Below, piece by piece: positions 11,945-32,559 of a stretch of 64,000 nt of DNA. Position 1 is the stretch's first letter; every line of letters begins with the position of its first letter. The position numbers and the translations under genes are program-made. Below the pieces are notes generated by a model. That model did not search any database, had not been told where the DNA came from, and saw only the letters and a list, made by a program, of their open reading frames with translations. Location: positions 3,224,001 through 3,288,000 of the forward strand of contig CM035350.1 in assembly GCA_020137815.1 (NCBI GenBank). Reading direction: 5' to 3'. Source of the DNA: Hormiphora californensis (lineage: Eukaryota; Animalia; Ctenophora).

Positions 11945-12891
11945 TGAACTCTGAACAAGTTAAATTACACGATACCACACATCAATTATTAGATATTCCC
12001 ACAATTGATTGATCAACATACACACAATTAGACACAATCACAATCACAGAATATTGATATCAAAATACAACACATCCGGGGACCGACCCTTACTCGTCCG
12101 ATTCAATCGTCTTGGGAGGGAGCAAGAGAAATTCGTCATGCCGTTCGCTATAGTTTAGGAGGGTGCAAAAACGTCACGCACATGTGCATTCTGTGTGGTG
12201 AAAGTACGATTTCACGTAATGCGCAGATCGATCTTTTGGGGTTTGGGTTCGGGTGATTGGTTCGGGCGATTCATCCGGGCACACGTAATCCCCCGTGTAA
12301 CCCTGCTATGCCTTTACCCAAGGTACAAAATTAGCTCACCAAGCCCAAATCTCATTACATAATGGGACAGAAATTACTGAATATTATAGCAAAATATTAA
12401 TTGAAAATCTCTCGAAAACTGGAATCAAACTGGAATCAAAACACCGTAGTATGAATACATAATGCAATAATTCTTGTTGAGATGTCAAAAACGTCTTTTC
12501 AGGACATTTTTAAAACGGCTGTAGCAAAAATACGAATTCGACTTTATCGCTAAAATTGAGTATTTGAGGTCCCTTGGTATGTCCTTAGTCCTACAACCCT
12601 ACGATGAGAGATTGTCCTGCAATCGAAAAAAAAATATCGGTCGGCCTACCAAACTGAACTCTGAACAAGTTTAATTAAACGATACCACACATCACCAATC
12701 ATTAGATATTCCCACAATTGATCGATCAACATACACACAATTAGACACAATCACAATCACAGAATATTGATATTAAAATACAACACATCCGAGGACCGGC
12801 CCTTACTCGTCAGGTTCAATCATCTTGGTGTTGGGAGGGAGCATGACAAATTCGTCATGCCGTTCGCTATAGTTTAGGAGGGTGCAAAAAC
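11945..12891. repeat. Two diverged ~230-bp direct repeats (about 11945-12171 and 12655-12891)
   Basis: Both run TGAACTCTGAACAAG...TTTAGGAGGGTGCAAAAAC with the same boundaries. Confidence 0.85.
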
Positions 12892-13122
12892 ATAATATAC
12901 AAATAATCTATGGGACAATATATATCTCCACATTGAGCCTGTCTGGCCGATCTGAGCGCACTGTCAAATCGGTGTATGGTGCTACCAGATAGAATTTAAC
13001 AATAGGTTTTGTTGGGTGACCCCCGGAGTACCGATCGGTACAGAGGACAATCTGTACTCCGGGTACACACCGGTTTTGTTACCAACTAAGATGACAGAGA
13101 TGTACATCCAACTAAAAATTAC

Positions 13123-20228
<7,106 letters not shown>

Positions 20229-23200
20229 ACTACGAAAAGGGAAATCGGTTATGGAAAGGGTGGAGTCAAAGATTGCACAAAGAAATTCAATTATGTCATA
20301 TTGACAATACTCAAATTTACGATGCCATAAATAGAGTCTGGCGTCTGCAGCTGCACTGGTCAAAGAAATGGTGTGAAAATATTGTGCAACGTAACATATG
20401 ATATTGGAACACAGCTGTAATATATCATAAGTGATGTTCTCTAGAAGCATTAAAGAGAGACTGGTGTAAGAAGGGCAACTAGTTGTCAGAGTAACAAATT
20501 AGAGGGTCAGATATAGTTGCTAACCCTCACAGAGAGTGCTCGTCATTTTATGAAATAAAATGCATCGTGAGCTACACAATCAGATCATAGTTATCAATGA
20601 ATATAAGGTTCGACGTTTGCGCAATAAGTACGGCTCCCCAATGTGTTACAACCAGTAATGGCTTTAGCAAAGGCTTGACTCTATCGAAACATATATATGT
20701 AAGCACTATAATGATATTGTGAGAGAGAAAAAAAAAGAGAGAGAGACACAGAGAGAGAGAGAGAGACAGAGAGAGACAGAGAGAGAAGGGAGAGGGATAT
20801 AGAGAGAGAGAAGAGAAGAGGTAGGAATAGAGAGAAGGATATATAGTAAGAGAGAGGAAAATAGCCCTATTTCTTGATAACAATAATGCAATAATAAGAT
20901 GCAGCATGGTATGTACTACCATTCAGACCGAAGTTAATTAATATTTATACTTAGGGTTAATGAGGTCTCAAATCTCAAATGTACGGGGAAACGAATGTAG
21001 GTCCCGTTTCACTAACTATTGCACACGCGATACGAAAATAAAAGCTATTTCATAAAACTTGATTAACTATTAAAATATTAATGAATTGTGAAGCTCGACA
21101 GTTATAATACAGTGTATAATAACACGTGCAATTAGTGTACTAGCACTGCCTTAGCATAATGTGTGAGGGTGTGTGTGTGTAAGGATAGTGAGAGAGAAGG
21201 ATAGTGCAAGAGAGAAGGTGAGAGAGAGGGAGAGAGATAATTATATGTACGAAAGAAAATCTAAGCCTATTGAATTGAACAGGCTGTTCAATAGATCATC
21301 GTCTTTGATCATTTAAAGGGATTTGAATACTACTATTACACAAGACCCATCCATCCACGAAACTATAATTACGAAATTGATGGTCTAAACAATTACACTG
21401 AAAACAATATTATACATATATCCCAAGAAAAATTTGTTTCCTTGCAGCCAGTAGTCGAAACAGGACCCGCTGTGATATTGATAGAGGGGCTAACGCAGTG
21501 GTTTTAGAGTCTTTAAAATTATCCCTTTAAAGGAACTAACCTTTACTACACCAAACCGAGAGAAAGGGGACCACAGAGGCAGAGACGGAGAGAGGGAGGA
21601 AGACAGAGAAAAGTAACTTTAGACAGCTATAGACAGTATTAAGATTAATAGAACTTCTATAGAACTTCTATTAAAGTTTTTCAATATATGTATAATTATA
21701 AACGCATTCTTTATAGAAGGGAATCAAGCTGTGCTGAAATATTTAAAGGCCTCCCCAAAAACATTGATTTGCTTACTATCGATCACGGTACTCCGACCCC
21801 CAATACTAATATACATCAAAGCCTCAACAAGTTACCGATCCAAGGTGTTCCACTTTATTTATGCTCCTACTTTATTACTACTATCTTGAATCAAAGTTAA
21901 AGAAACTGAATGGGTAATTGGGACCAAATTCAGTTTAGCATAAAAGCCGTACCCTCACGACTCGTCAACTTGTACCCACGCGGCTCGTAAAGTTGAAACA
22001 GTGCTAACAACCCAACGCCACCATGGTACTCGAACCCTTAATAGAGAATATATGCACCCGTTATTTCCGCAAGTTGCTGTGTAACTGTAAGAATAAAATG
22101 GGCCACTCCTAACGTGTTTAGTTTCTTGATAAACGAGAAAGTTTCTTAGCTTTTGGGCAGCTTTAAAATCTTGTGGTTTCTTAGAAAAAAGTATCTTATT
22201 TCAGGTAGGTAAGGTAGGTATGTATGAATCAAAATGATGATGTTGCATTGGTAAGAATGGAAAAACACCCAGAATAGAAAATTATCCGGAAAAAAAGAAA
22301 TACCGACACCGTGGTTGGAGCATGACAAGGAGAAGAAAAGATGAATAATCGGTGGCAGGGAGTAATCTGAATGCACCTGGTGCGGGGTGCCGTGGGTGTG
22401 TGTGTGTGTGTGTGTGTGTACGTGTGTGTGACTGTGACCAGCTTGAGCTCCCCGATACCTATAAAATGTCTGGTTATACCTAATAGCCCCTAGAAAATAT
22501 CCGAACACACACTCCCTAGCGTGGTACGATTCAACAGTTCAAGAAAAGTAAAAACAACAGGGTGAGTCGAGACGTTGCAGCTGCTCACGTAAAGAGAGGG
22601 AGAGAGAGAGAGAGAGCGAGAGGTATAACAAAGGAAGAAGAAATGAGAAAATGAGAAATATGATACCTGTTACTGGACGGTACATTTTACTGGCCTGTAC
22701 ACTTACCACAATGTTACTCGATATCAAAATTAACAAGTCCTATTGAGGACAGTATAATGAAACTTTACTTTAGGGCAAACTGGGGCAAAACTGGTCCAAA
22801 AAACACGTGGTATTGCAGGCTCGATTTCATTGGTCCTAGTGATGGACCACTTTTCCCCATCCCCCAGGGTGAACTACTTTGCCCTAGAGAGTGAACCATA
22901 TTTGCCCCAGTTTGACTAATTAGACAATTTAATTTTTTTAAACATTTTATCCCAAGTTTTAGAAGGATAAAAAACATAACTGGCAGTTTTTGCAAAATTT
23001 AAATCGGCCAACTCAAACAGAAAATACAGCTTAGGATTCCGTTACACGTATATGTTATTAAATTTAATATCTTATTCATAATCATTCCATCCAGCAGGAG
23101 TGTAAAACTAAATTAGATAACTTTTAAACGTTCCTCTTATATCAAGTCTGACTGTAAGAGTTTCCTATAGAAGAACTTATGGTACCTACATATATGTAAT

Positions 23201-23479
23201 GTAATAACTCAGTCTCACTCTATTATAATTATCATTTTGAACACTTTGTATATCTCCATGAAAGAACAGCACAATAATTATAATGGGCCTGCAGCAGCGG
23301 CGGAGATATCATCAGCTGAAAAGAGCAGGAAAGAGAGCTAGAGAGGCACTTTAAAGGAGACAGAGAGAGAGAGAGGGAGAGAGAGAGAGAGAGAGAGGGA
23401 GAGACAGGGAGGGAGAGACACCACGAAGGATCACTGGGCGAGTCATTATCATATTCAGGAGGAAGGCCAACTGACACTC

Positions 23480-23786
<307 letters not shown>

Positions 23787-24820
23787 AGAGAAGTGTACTC
23801 ATTGTACGTGTGTAGTACATGCAAATACACTGCGGTAAACACTCATTATACTGCCATCCAATGACGGAAAAGAAGTTTCTAAAGTCCAGCTTGCAGGATA
23901 TGAGAGAAAAGAGAGCAAGCAATAGCGGGCAATAGGGATACAGGCAGAAAGCATGGGAATTAAAATCAATATTTCTCTATCCCTTCTATAATGGGCAATC
24001 CGCATTACCTAGCCTTTCGAATCTTAACCTATTAGTAAATGAAGCATTTTATCATTCTTCTATCAGAGCATGACAGAAAAGTGATCAGCGTAATACCTAA
24101 GAAGTAAAAGTATTATGTACAACCCTATTAAGATTACCAAGATCTTATCTTGTGTAACCAAGATTAGTGATTACCAAGATCTTGTGCATTTCCCCACCGT
24201 ATCCCAACTCTCATCACAACAATCAACACGCCAACTAACATAGCTTCAACACTCAACAGTGTGTATTGTAAAAGGAACACACAAGTAAAACGCTTGGCTA
24301 ATTAGCATGACGTAATTGTGTGTGTATCTCACGAAAAAGTCTCTAGCTATAACATAAGTACAGTTATGTTCTAACCCTCCCTTTACATTTGTGCTGGGCG
24401 TGCGAATGGCAGTCTAGCTTGGCAACAGTTCCCGTATGTAGTTAAGAAGTAAGGGAGGAAGTGAGTAAAAGTTTTCGAGATAGTTTTCGATCATTACTGC
24501 AGAATAATGTTGGAGGCAAGGGACAGAGAGAATGAGATAGAGAAAGAGAAAGAGAGAGAGAGAGAGAGAATAATACAACTTAGTAATTGAGTATCCAGTT
24601 TGCTGGTTCTCCGAGTCACTTTCAGGAAGTAAGGCAGTCAATAAGCTTCCATGGATAGTTTAAGGGTTATATAATGGGTACTGGGGCGAATCCAATCACT
24701 TCTCCCAACGCTTGTTTAATGGGGAGACAAATTTATACAGAACGATTTTTTTTTCGAGACTGGAGGGCGAGAGAGAGATAGTAGTCTATCTAAGTGTGAG
24801 AGAGGGTGAGAGAGAGAGAT

Positions 24821-24854
<34 letters not shown>

Positions 24855-25472
24855 AATCAGAAAGGGAGAGATAGTGTGTGAGAGTATACCCTATTAGTAT
24901 TATAGCACAACCAGAAAAAATAAGAAAGAGATGGAAATGAAATATAGGTGAAGAACTTGAAGGGGTGTCATAATTATTACTAAGAATTTGACATTACTAC
25001 AAGCTCCGATATTATTGTTGTATTTACGGCCCATCCAATATTTCTGGTAAGAAGGCAATAAGGGGAAAGAATGCAGTATAATACCACAGGAGCAAAAGTC
25101 TCTCAGTACAGTTTCATAGAGATGTAATATCGAGCAAATTGAACTGCTGATGCTTTGGCAAATAGGAAGATACATAGGAGAATTACAGCTAGAGATAATA
25201 ACAAAATCTTCAGCAATTTAAACCGAGATCATGGGTATGCGGATGCTAAGTTATTTATAGCGTGCCTTGTAACCCACCTGGAGGGTGGGAACGCGCAGCG
25301 ATTGCTGTTATTGTAACTACTGACACTTGCCAGCTTTGTTCAAATTAAGAGTGCCGCGCACTATTGCCCTATCTCGCAAAATATCCCAATGCAATCAACG
25401 AGCCCCGTCTACCCTCCCTTTCTTTCCACCATTCTATCTCTCTCTACCATGTACTCTCTCTCACCCTCTCTC

Positions 25473-25528
<56 letters not shown>

Positions 25529-25896
25529 TCACTCACTCTCTCTTTCCTTCTCATCTCACCCCTTTCTTTCTAATTCTCTCGCATCTCTGGTGACTGGGTT
25601 TCAGATGTATCCGTCCAGGAAACAACTCATCATCAGTCGGCCATTACCCAGTGAATTGGGCATTGGGCAAAGTACTTTTTGCCCATAAATACCCTGGGTG
25701 TGATTGGATTGGGTGACAGGGTGCTCATAAATGTTTTTTATTTTTCAAATCATTACCAAGCATCTTCCAGTGACCAGTTCCTAAATCCTAGACACACATT
25801 GTTGCAAAATGAATTTGTCCGGACCTACACGAAAAGGCAGAAGTATTTTATACAGCTATTAATAATTTATATTAATTTAATAATATATATTAGCTA

Positions 25897-26690
25897 TCCA
25901 TATAATAAATTCCATAATGTTAGTCAGTCTGTCCGTTAATTGGTTTTTCAAACTCCTCCCACAGTTTTTGAGCTAGACCCCTGAAAATTTGTACACTGGT
26001 ACCTTGGACCAAGGTGGATGTAAGTACGGGCTCAGATTTTTGATCCGATCTTTACAGCAGTGACGTCACGGGGTGACGTCATTGCGACAAAAAGACTTAC
26101 ATTTTTCAAACGCTTCTAAGACCCTGAAAACGGCTCTAAATCAAAAAATTAACGCAATAGTGGGGAAAGAGAATCGTTTGAACTTCATTTTACGTGATAG
26201 CGATTTCCCGTAACTCAATGTTTAAGGGTCGTAAATCGCGTCGGGAAAGTTAAAAATGCCAAAAATACGATATTTTTCACCGTAGCCACCCAAAATCTTA
26301 TCAAATCGATATGAAACTTGGTCGTTATGTGAATTTTAATGTCCTTTGGCCAGGGGTTCCCGGAAAACGGATTGGCAAGATGAGAACTAACCGGAGTTCT
26401 TATAATTCACGAATTTGGAATTTTTCGTAGACTTTTTTTGCGACATATAAAACGCGAGGAAATTTTCAATGAATTTTAAAATTTTACACTGCGCGCGTAA
26501 TTTTAGGTTCCGCACGGCGTAAAAAAGCAGCGCTTTTTTGGGAAAACTCGCGCGTTACAGTAAATGATTTACCCGCCTCGCCGTTTTTTCAAAAACCCAA
26601 TGTGTATGATAGTAGGAGCGGTTAGATCACCACGTGGTTAAAGTCGCGTGCCACCCCTTTTTGCGCATTGTCATAGCTCGGGTACTCTAG
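25897..26690 (+). mobile_element. Non-autonomous Helitron-like element
   Basis: A|TCCATATAATAAA 5' end and CGGGTACTCTAG|T 3' end inserted at an AT site; GTCY-like motif near the 5' end; 3' hairpin is weak. Confidence 0.55.
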
Positions 26691-26959
26691 TATCAATAAG
26701 CATAATATTTATCTAGTCTTATTTGCATCTTTTTGTATTTTGCCTTCTGAAGAACTAATCTTTCTCGACAACTGCACAGAAATCACCCAACTCAGTCTTA
26801 TTTGGGCAATATTGTATATTGCTCAGAATTACAAAACAGTTTCGTAGTTTTGTGGGTAGGAAGAAGTAATGATTTAAACGGTGTTGCCAGCTGTGGTAGA
26901 ATTTTATAGCTCAGACAATTTTATAAGTTACTTCTATCGTTTACCACTTTGTACATAAA

Positions 26960-27083
<124 letters not shown>

Positions 27084-27493
27084 TGTGTAGTACACACAAT
27101 TAATACCTTATGTTCAGTGCTAGTACTGCAGACAAATTGATGTGTGGCACACACATGGTTATATGTACAATGTGTTGAACAATAGGGATACTACAAAGCA
27201 GTCATTAATATAATGATTAATGCATCACACAGTAGATCTGGTGAGTAGACACCGCACAATAAGGGGTGTAACTCTGTGTGGTTATCTTGTCTAGACAAGA
27301 TTTAAAAGCAGATAAATCGTATATATATAATAAAAGCAGATATAATAAAGATGCATAACTCACCCACCACTTAGGAAGAAATGACGCAACACAAAACACA
27401 CGTATGCAGACATGGTACGTACATACCTATATGTACGTCTATTGTATAGTATACCCGGGTGATATGAGACTTGGTACGCTTTGAAGCTTAATA

Positions 27494-27661
27494 CAGTCGG
27501 ACCCCGATTTAGTGGCCCCCGATTTAGTGGCACCCCGATTTAATGGCAGGATTTTTCCCCCGATATAGGAAATTAACATTATTTGGTCCCGATTTAGTGG
27601 CACCCCGATTTAGTGGCAGGATTTTTTCCCCCGAGGACGCCACTAAATCGGGGTCTGACTG
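27494..27661. mobile_element. Tc1/mariner-type MITE
   Basis: TA|CAGTCGGACCCCGATTTAGTGG...CCACTAAATCGGGGTCTGACTG|TA with internal CCCCGATTTAGTGG repeats. Confidence 0.85.
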
Positions 27662-28243
27662 TACCCCAATAAACAAAGATGCTAGAGGCCAGAGGGTGTA
27701 CCTCTGTGTGAGAAGGCAGATAATAAAGGTGCTAGTAGATGTGTTAGCCACGAGCTCTATTATTACTTGATGTAAACGAATGGACAAACTATTCAATATC
27801 ACTTCTGCTAGTATTATTGTTTAACATATATATCTGACGACTTCCCTTAAAATTTTTGATTTGTTATGATATTCTATTGACGCAATAGACACGCAGAGGG
27901 AGCTTATGTTAAATAGTTGTTTCTAGTATGTACATGCAATAAGACGCATGGTGTTCTACTTCTATACAAGATTCCAATAGATCAGCTTGTTATAACCCGT
28001 CTTTAGAGAGGGAGCAGGGCAAGATATCAGTGTGACCTTGATTGTGGGGGGAGCCTCGTTGTGTCCAATCAAACATTTAAAAAGAACAATAACATAAAAA
28101 CAAAAGTAGAAAGTAGTTCCGTTTCAATAGGTTCAATGTAGGTATCGTCAATAACACGTCAATAACACGTCACCGGGGCACATTGATGGAGGTATCAAAA
28201 GTAAGTAGAGATGTCATACCGAGCACCCAACCATCTTCAAGTA

Positions 28244-28395
28244 CAGTCGGACCCCGATTTAGTGGCACCCCGATTTAGTGGCAGGATTTTTCCCCCGATA
28301 TAGGAAATTAACATTATTTGAACCCGATTTAGTGGCACCCCGATTTAGTGGCAGGGTTTTTCCCCCGAGGATGCCACTAAATCGGGGTCCTACTG
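28244..28395. mobile_element. Tc1/mariner-type MITE (same family)
   Basis: Same TIRs and TA TSD as 27494-27661. Confidence 0.85.
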
Positions 28396-29521
28396 TATAG
28401 ATAATATATGGGGTAACACATACACACTGATACAAAATAAATAGCCATTTCAAAACCTTACCATTCTTATTATAGAAGACAGCAATAATGGACTTATAAA
28501 TCCATTAGCGAAAAATGGATCCCACGAAATGCCGAATTTTAGCGAGGAAATGCTATTTAGTATTTTGCAGTAAAATTATAGGGTTTTGAAGTACGAAACT
28601 ACCCAAACAATATATATTTATATGTAATATCACATTACCACAGCGATTCGAAGATAATATGCAAAATGATTAAGCTAGAGAGAGGGAGTCGGGAAAGAGG
28701 GAGTCGGGAGAGAGAGGGGGGAGGAAGAGAGAGAGGAAGGATGTGGAGAGGCTGGTAGAGAATAGAGATATATTATACTAAGGTGATGACTGGTACTTTA
28801 TACATCCATCACACTTTGTACGTCGCCGTGATAAAATCCACATGAAACAACAACTGTTTCCATTCATGATGTATCTCTTGTAATGAAGTACAATGAAAAA
28901 TGAAGAAGAATCTTACCTAATTATGGAGAAATGACCAAATTATATAAGGCTAAATTGGTCATTTTTGCATACTTTAGTGCCAATCAACTCTAAAACGGTT
29001 CAAGATAGACTCTATGTTGATCCATAAGTCTAATATAAATGCGAATATTATTTACCGTCTCTCTACCGTAAAACCGTCTCTGAACCGTTTACGTTCTAGG
29101 TACATGACATGTACCTACCCAACGTTAAACGATCGCTGATAAAGTCTCCTATTAGATGATCTTATGTCTAGGAATTGTTGTAAGCATAGCAGTGTCGAAA
29201 CCTCGTAAATCTAATATAGAGACCAAATCTTTCATTAGGACAATACCGGTGGGGAGACAGCTAATTACCCTTACTGACAGTTTTAAAGGAATGGATGCAC
29301 ATTTTAATCTTGAGTCTTGACAGGTTTTATTTCCCACGAATATATGCATTGCTGGTAGGGGACATGAAATATATCATAATGCAAACGATGATCGGAGGTG
29401 AATTTAACTTTCTGAATCACAAAATGAGTCTGGTTGAGACAAAAATTGTAAAAAGTAAGAAAAAAGGAAGCCCATACATGTACTAAACGCCCAAATTCGC
29501 ACACACGTCACACGACACACA

Positions 29522-30148
29522 TTACAAAGCCCTCAGTTTGACAAAAGGGAAATTGGAATCAAGCTGATGTAGCGGCAGGTTGAGAAGGCACGGGGAACTG
29601 TATAAAAGATGGGTAGCAGATCGAAGGATCATGGGCTGGCAATCCCCACCTCGACATATTCGACATACCACTCTTACAGACTTGTTCCTCACCACGGTCA
29701 TGTCAGGAGAATGGGGTAGTGGAGAAATCGGAGTTTCCAATTCCTCATCTGCACTCAAAGGTATGAGTTTAAAGGTTTTCACAAGAGTTAATCGAGTTGT
29801 AAGACGATGGGTAGTCGCACAAACGGTGAACCATTTTAGAACTCCATTGGGTGACAAATGGCAGGGAAGGCCACCTTTCTCTGAGTAGAATAGTCTCAAG
29901 ATGCGCATGTAGAGAACAAAATAACAAGGCACATAAGGAGAGGGAGAGGAGTGTGTTAGCTGCTGTAGTGTGACGTCAAAGTCTCTCACACACACGCCCC
30001 TCCAGAGATGGGCATCGGGGAGGATAAGGCAGTGGAGGGAGTTAGAGGCGAGGGATAATTCAAAGAGAGACAATCCATCCAGGTAGGATGCTATGCGAAC
30101 TTTTAACTCACACGGCAGGTATTCCAGCGATGGGCTATGCATATCCAC
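29522..30148 (-). CDS. F-box domain protein, intronless (208 aa)
   Basis: LEYLPCELKVRIASYLDGLSLFELSLASNSLHCLILPDAHLWR is an F-box; C-terminus unrecognised. Confidence 0.75.
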   Translation of the reverse strand: MDMHSPSLEYLPCELKVRIASYLDGLSLFELSLASNSLHCLILPDAHLWRGVCVRDFDVTLQQLTHSSPSPYVPCYFVLYMRILRLFYSEKGGLPCHLSPNGVLKWFTVCATTHRLTTRLTLVKTFKLIPLSADEELETPISPLPHSPDMTVVRNKSVRVVCRICRGGDCQPMILRSATHLLYSSPCLLNLPLHQLDSNFPFVKLRAL

Positions 30149-30292
30149 AGTTGTGATTCACCTATAATTTGGTGTGGGTGTATATGTGTGTGTGAGTTTG
30201 TCACGTTGAATATTCACATTCCCTCACATCACTCATGTCAGATGCACTTGGGTAGGGTACTGTGGTTCCGAAATACTGAGAAACAATATATA

Positions 30293-31206
30293 TTAGGTTG
30301 TCCAGTAAATATTTTCGTTTGGTGTTTATTAGGAAAATGGTTTGAGATAGAGCAAAATGGACTTCACCACAGTTTTTTCACGCGATTTTGGATCGGAATA
30401 TCATGCCTGATATCGGTATATAGTTTTTCTGGGGTGCCAGCAAGCTATTTTCTCTACCCCACTGTTGTTGCCGCTGCACGGGGTCACCAAAGTTTTTTAA
30501 ACGCTTCCCTAAGAAAACTGGTACAGTATTTTTAGCTCCAATGGTGCTTAATCGATAGCAAATCGTCCAAGGATAAAACGTATACGCGATTTGGGTCTCT
30601 ACGCGTTCGATAGTAACCACTAGAACAGTAAATTTAAAATCAAAAATCGAAAAAGCGCAAAAAATCTGGCCTGTTTTACGGGTGTGTTCGAAAACGTCAA
30701 TAACTCACTTTTTAAGTCAACCAATCACATAATTGGGTTCACTACGTCGTAGAACTGACTTAGAACTATCTTTTACTGCAGAGTTTTTGATTATGAGCCA
30801 ATCCTGGTGAGACCCGGAAGTGAAAGTTTCTAATTTTGACCAAAACTTTTTGGAGGCCCATTGCTCAGTGACAAAATAAAGATAGATTCTTTTATTGCAT
30901 CTTAAACGATAGATAATTGTCCAATGAACAAGCTTGATGCAACAAAACATCACTCAGGTACCATTTTTAGGAAGTACAGCAGCTTTAGTGCTAAAACTCG
31001 AAAATCGCGATTTTTCATATGCAGCAGCATCAAGAGTGGTGTAGAGTAAATAGCCTGGTGGGAACCGAGAACAGCCAAATACCGATATCAGGCATGATAT
31101 TCCGATCCAAAATCGCGTGAGAAAAACTGTGGTGAAGTCCATTTTGCTCTATCTCAAACCATTTTCCCAATAAAAGCCAAACGAAAATATTTACTGGACA
31201 ACCTAA
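30293..31206. mobile_element. Mariner-like non-autonomous element with >120-bp TIRs
   Basis: TA|TTAGGTTGTCCAGTAAATATTTTCG...CGAAAATATTTACTGGACAACCTAA|TA. Confidence 0.85.
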
Positions 31207-32059
31207 TAATATCTGAATTTTAAAAGTTATTGAATGAGAATCGCGTTAAATAAGCAGCAATGTTGAAGTTTGAAATGAAAGAGCTGAAGAGGGGCAGATT
31301 TAAGAAACATAAAATGTTCTTATCACTCTATTTGCTAACAGTAGCCTGCATAGTGCCTAATGATACTCGGAAGGTATCAATTTTACGGGGGAGTATCATG
31401 TAATTTTCGCGGTTATTTTTGGACTGAAAAATCCGCGAATATAATTTGTGTACGATTAACGAGTTCGTAGGATTCAGACATATTATTAACGACAATCAGT
31501 TCATTGCCACTCTCCATCAGCAACATAAAGCAGATCTATACTCTAGTGTCTCATGGTGACTGTGCAGCGCACGATGGAACTCTAGCACATACTACCAGGG
31601 CGCGATTACAATCTGGGTCAAATGTCAATATTGCCTAAACGGTATCTGATAGAGAATCGATAGCACTAACCGATGACAGACCCCAAACAAAACCCTAACC
31701 AGACCCTAACAATAGCCCTCACCCGTATCGACCGCCAAAAATCTGTGAATTGTTAGCAATGGAAGGCACCCAGATCGAGGTTGAATTAGAGGTTGAATTC
31801 GAGTTTAGCATATGCTGCAGACCCTTCTGACCTCTAACCCTAACAATAGCCCTCACCCGTCTCGACCGCCAAAAATCTGTGAATTGTTAGCAATGGAAGG
31901 CACCCAGATCGAGGTTGAATTCGAGGTTGAATTCGAGTTTAGCATATGCTGCAGACCCTTCTGACCTCTCGCGATGTGGGATAACGGATCGGCATATGCT
32001 ACAGATAGCGCTTTTCAAGGTAACAGAGCACTTGGCATATGCTATTATTGCTACAGACC

Positions 32060-32359
32060 GGGATAAGGCAGCGTTTTTCAAACTTTTCGAACCTTGAGCA
32101 AATGTAGCTATGGAGAAAGTGCTGCGCGCTCAAAATGCAGCGCTTTTCACAAAAACTTCGCCGCTTACTTTTTAAAACCAAAAAGGCAGCGCAGAATTTG
32201 AGGGTTTTCGTGAAAATTTCAGCTGAAGTGTTCACGAAAACCCGGGGAAACGTTAAAATCTAGCGGTTTTGAGTGTCAGCACTCACGGTTTCTAGGGTTA
32301 GGGCTAAAGCCTAAGCCATAAAACCTAAGTGTTAAAGTTAAAAAGCGCTGCCTTATCCC
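32060..32359. mobile_element. MITE
   Basis: TIR GGGATAAGGCAGCG..TTTT / AAAAGCGCTGCCTTATCCC; a similar end at about 7273; no clear TSD. Confidence 0.65.
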
Positions 32360-32559
32360 AATTTCCAGTAGATTCAGTAGCATTTGCCAATGGCTAAAGT
32401 ATGAATTAGGTGGGTGCGTTGCTTCAATCGACTGATTGAAACGGCGTCCTCCTAGCACTAACAATGCATAGGCCCAAAAGCGGGATATAAATTATAATTG
32501 TATTTGTATTTAGGATTAGGGTTAGGGTTGGGCCTTGGGGATGGCCGATGGGCGATGGG

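Noticed and set aside
11945-12891. TRIM/LTR retrotransposon interpretation of the direct repeats
   Set aside because: No clear TG..CA ends, PBS, PPT or TSD, and the copies are noticeably diverged.
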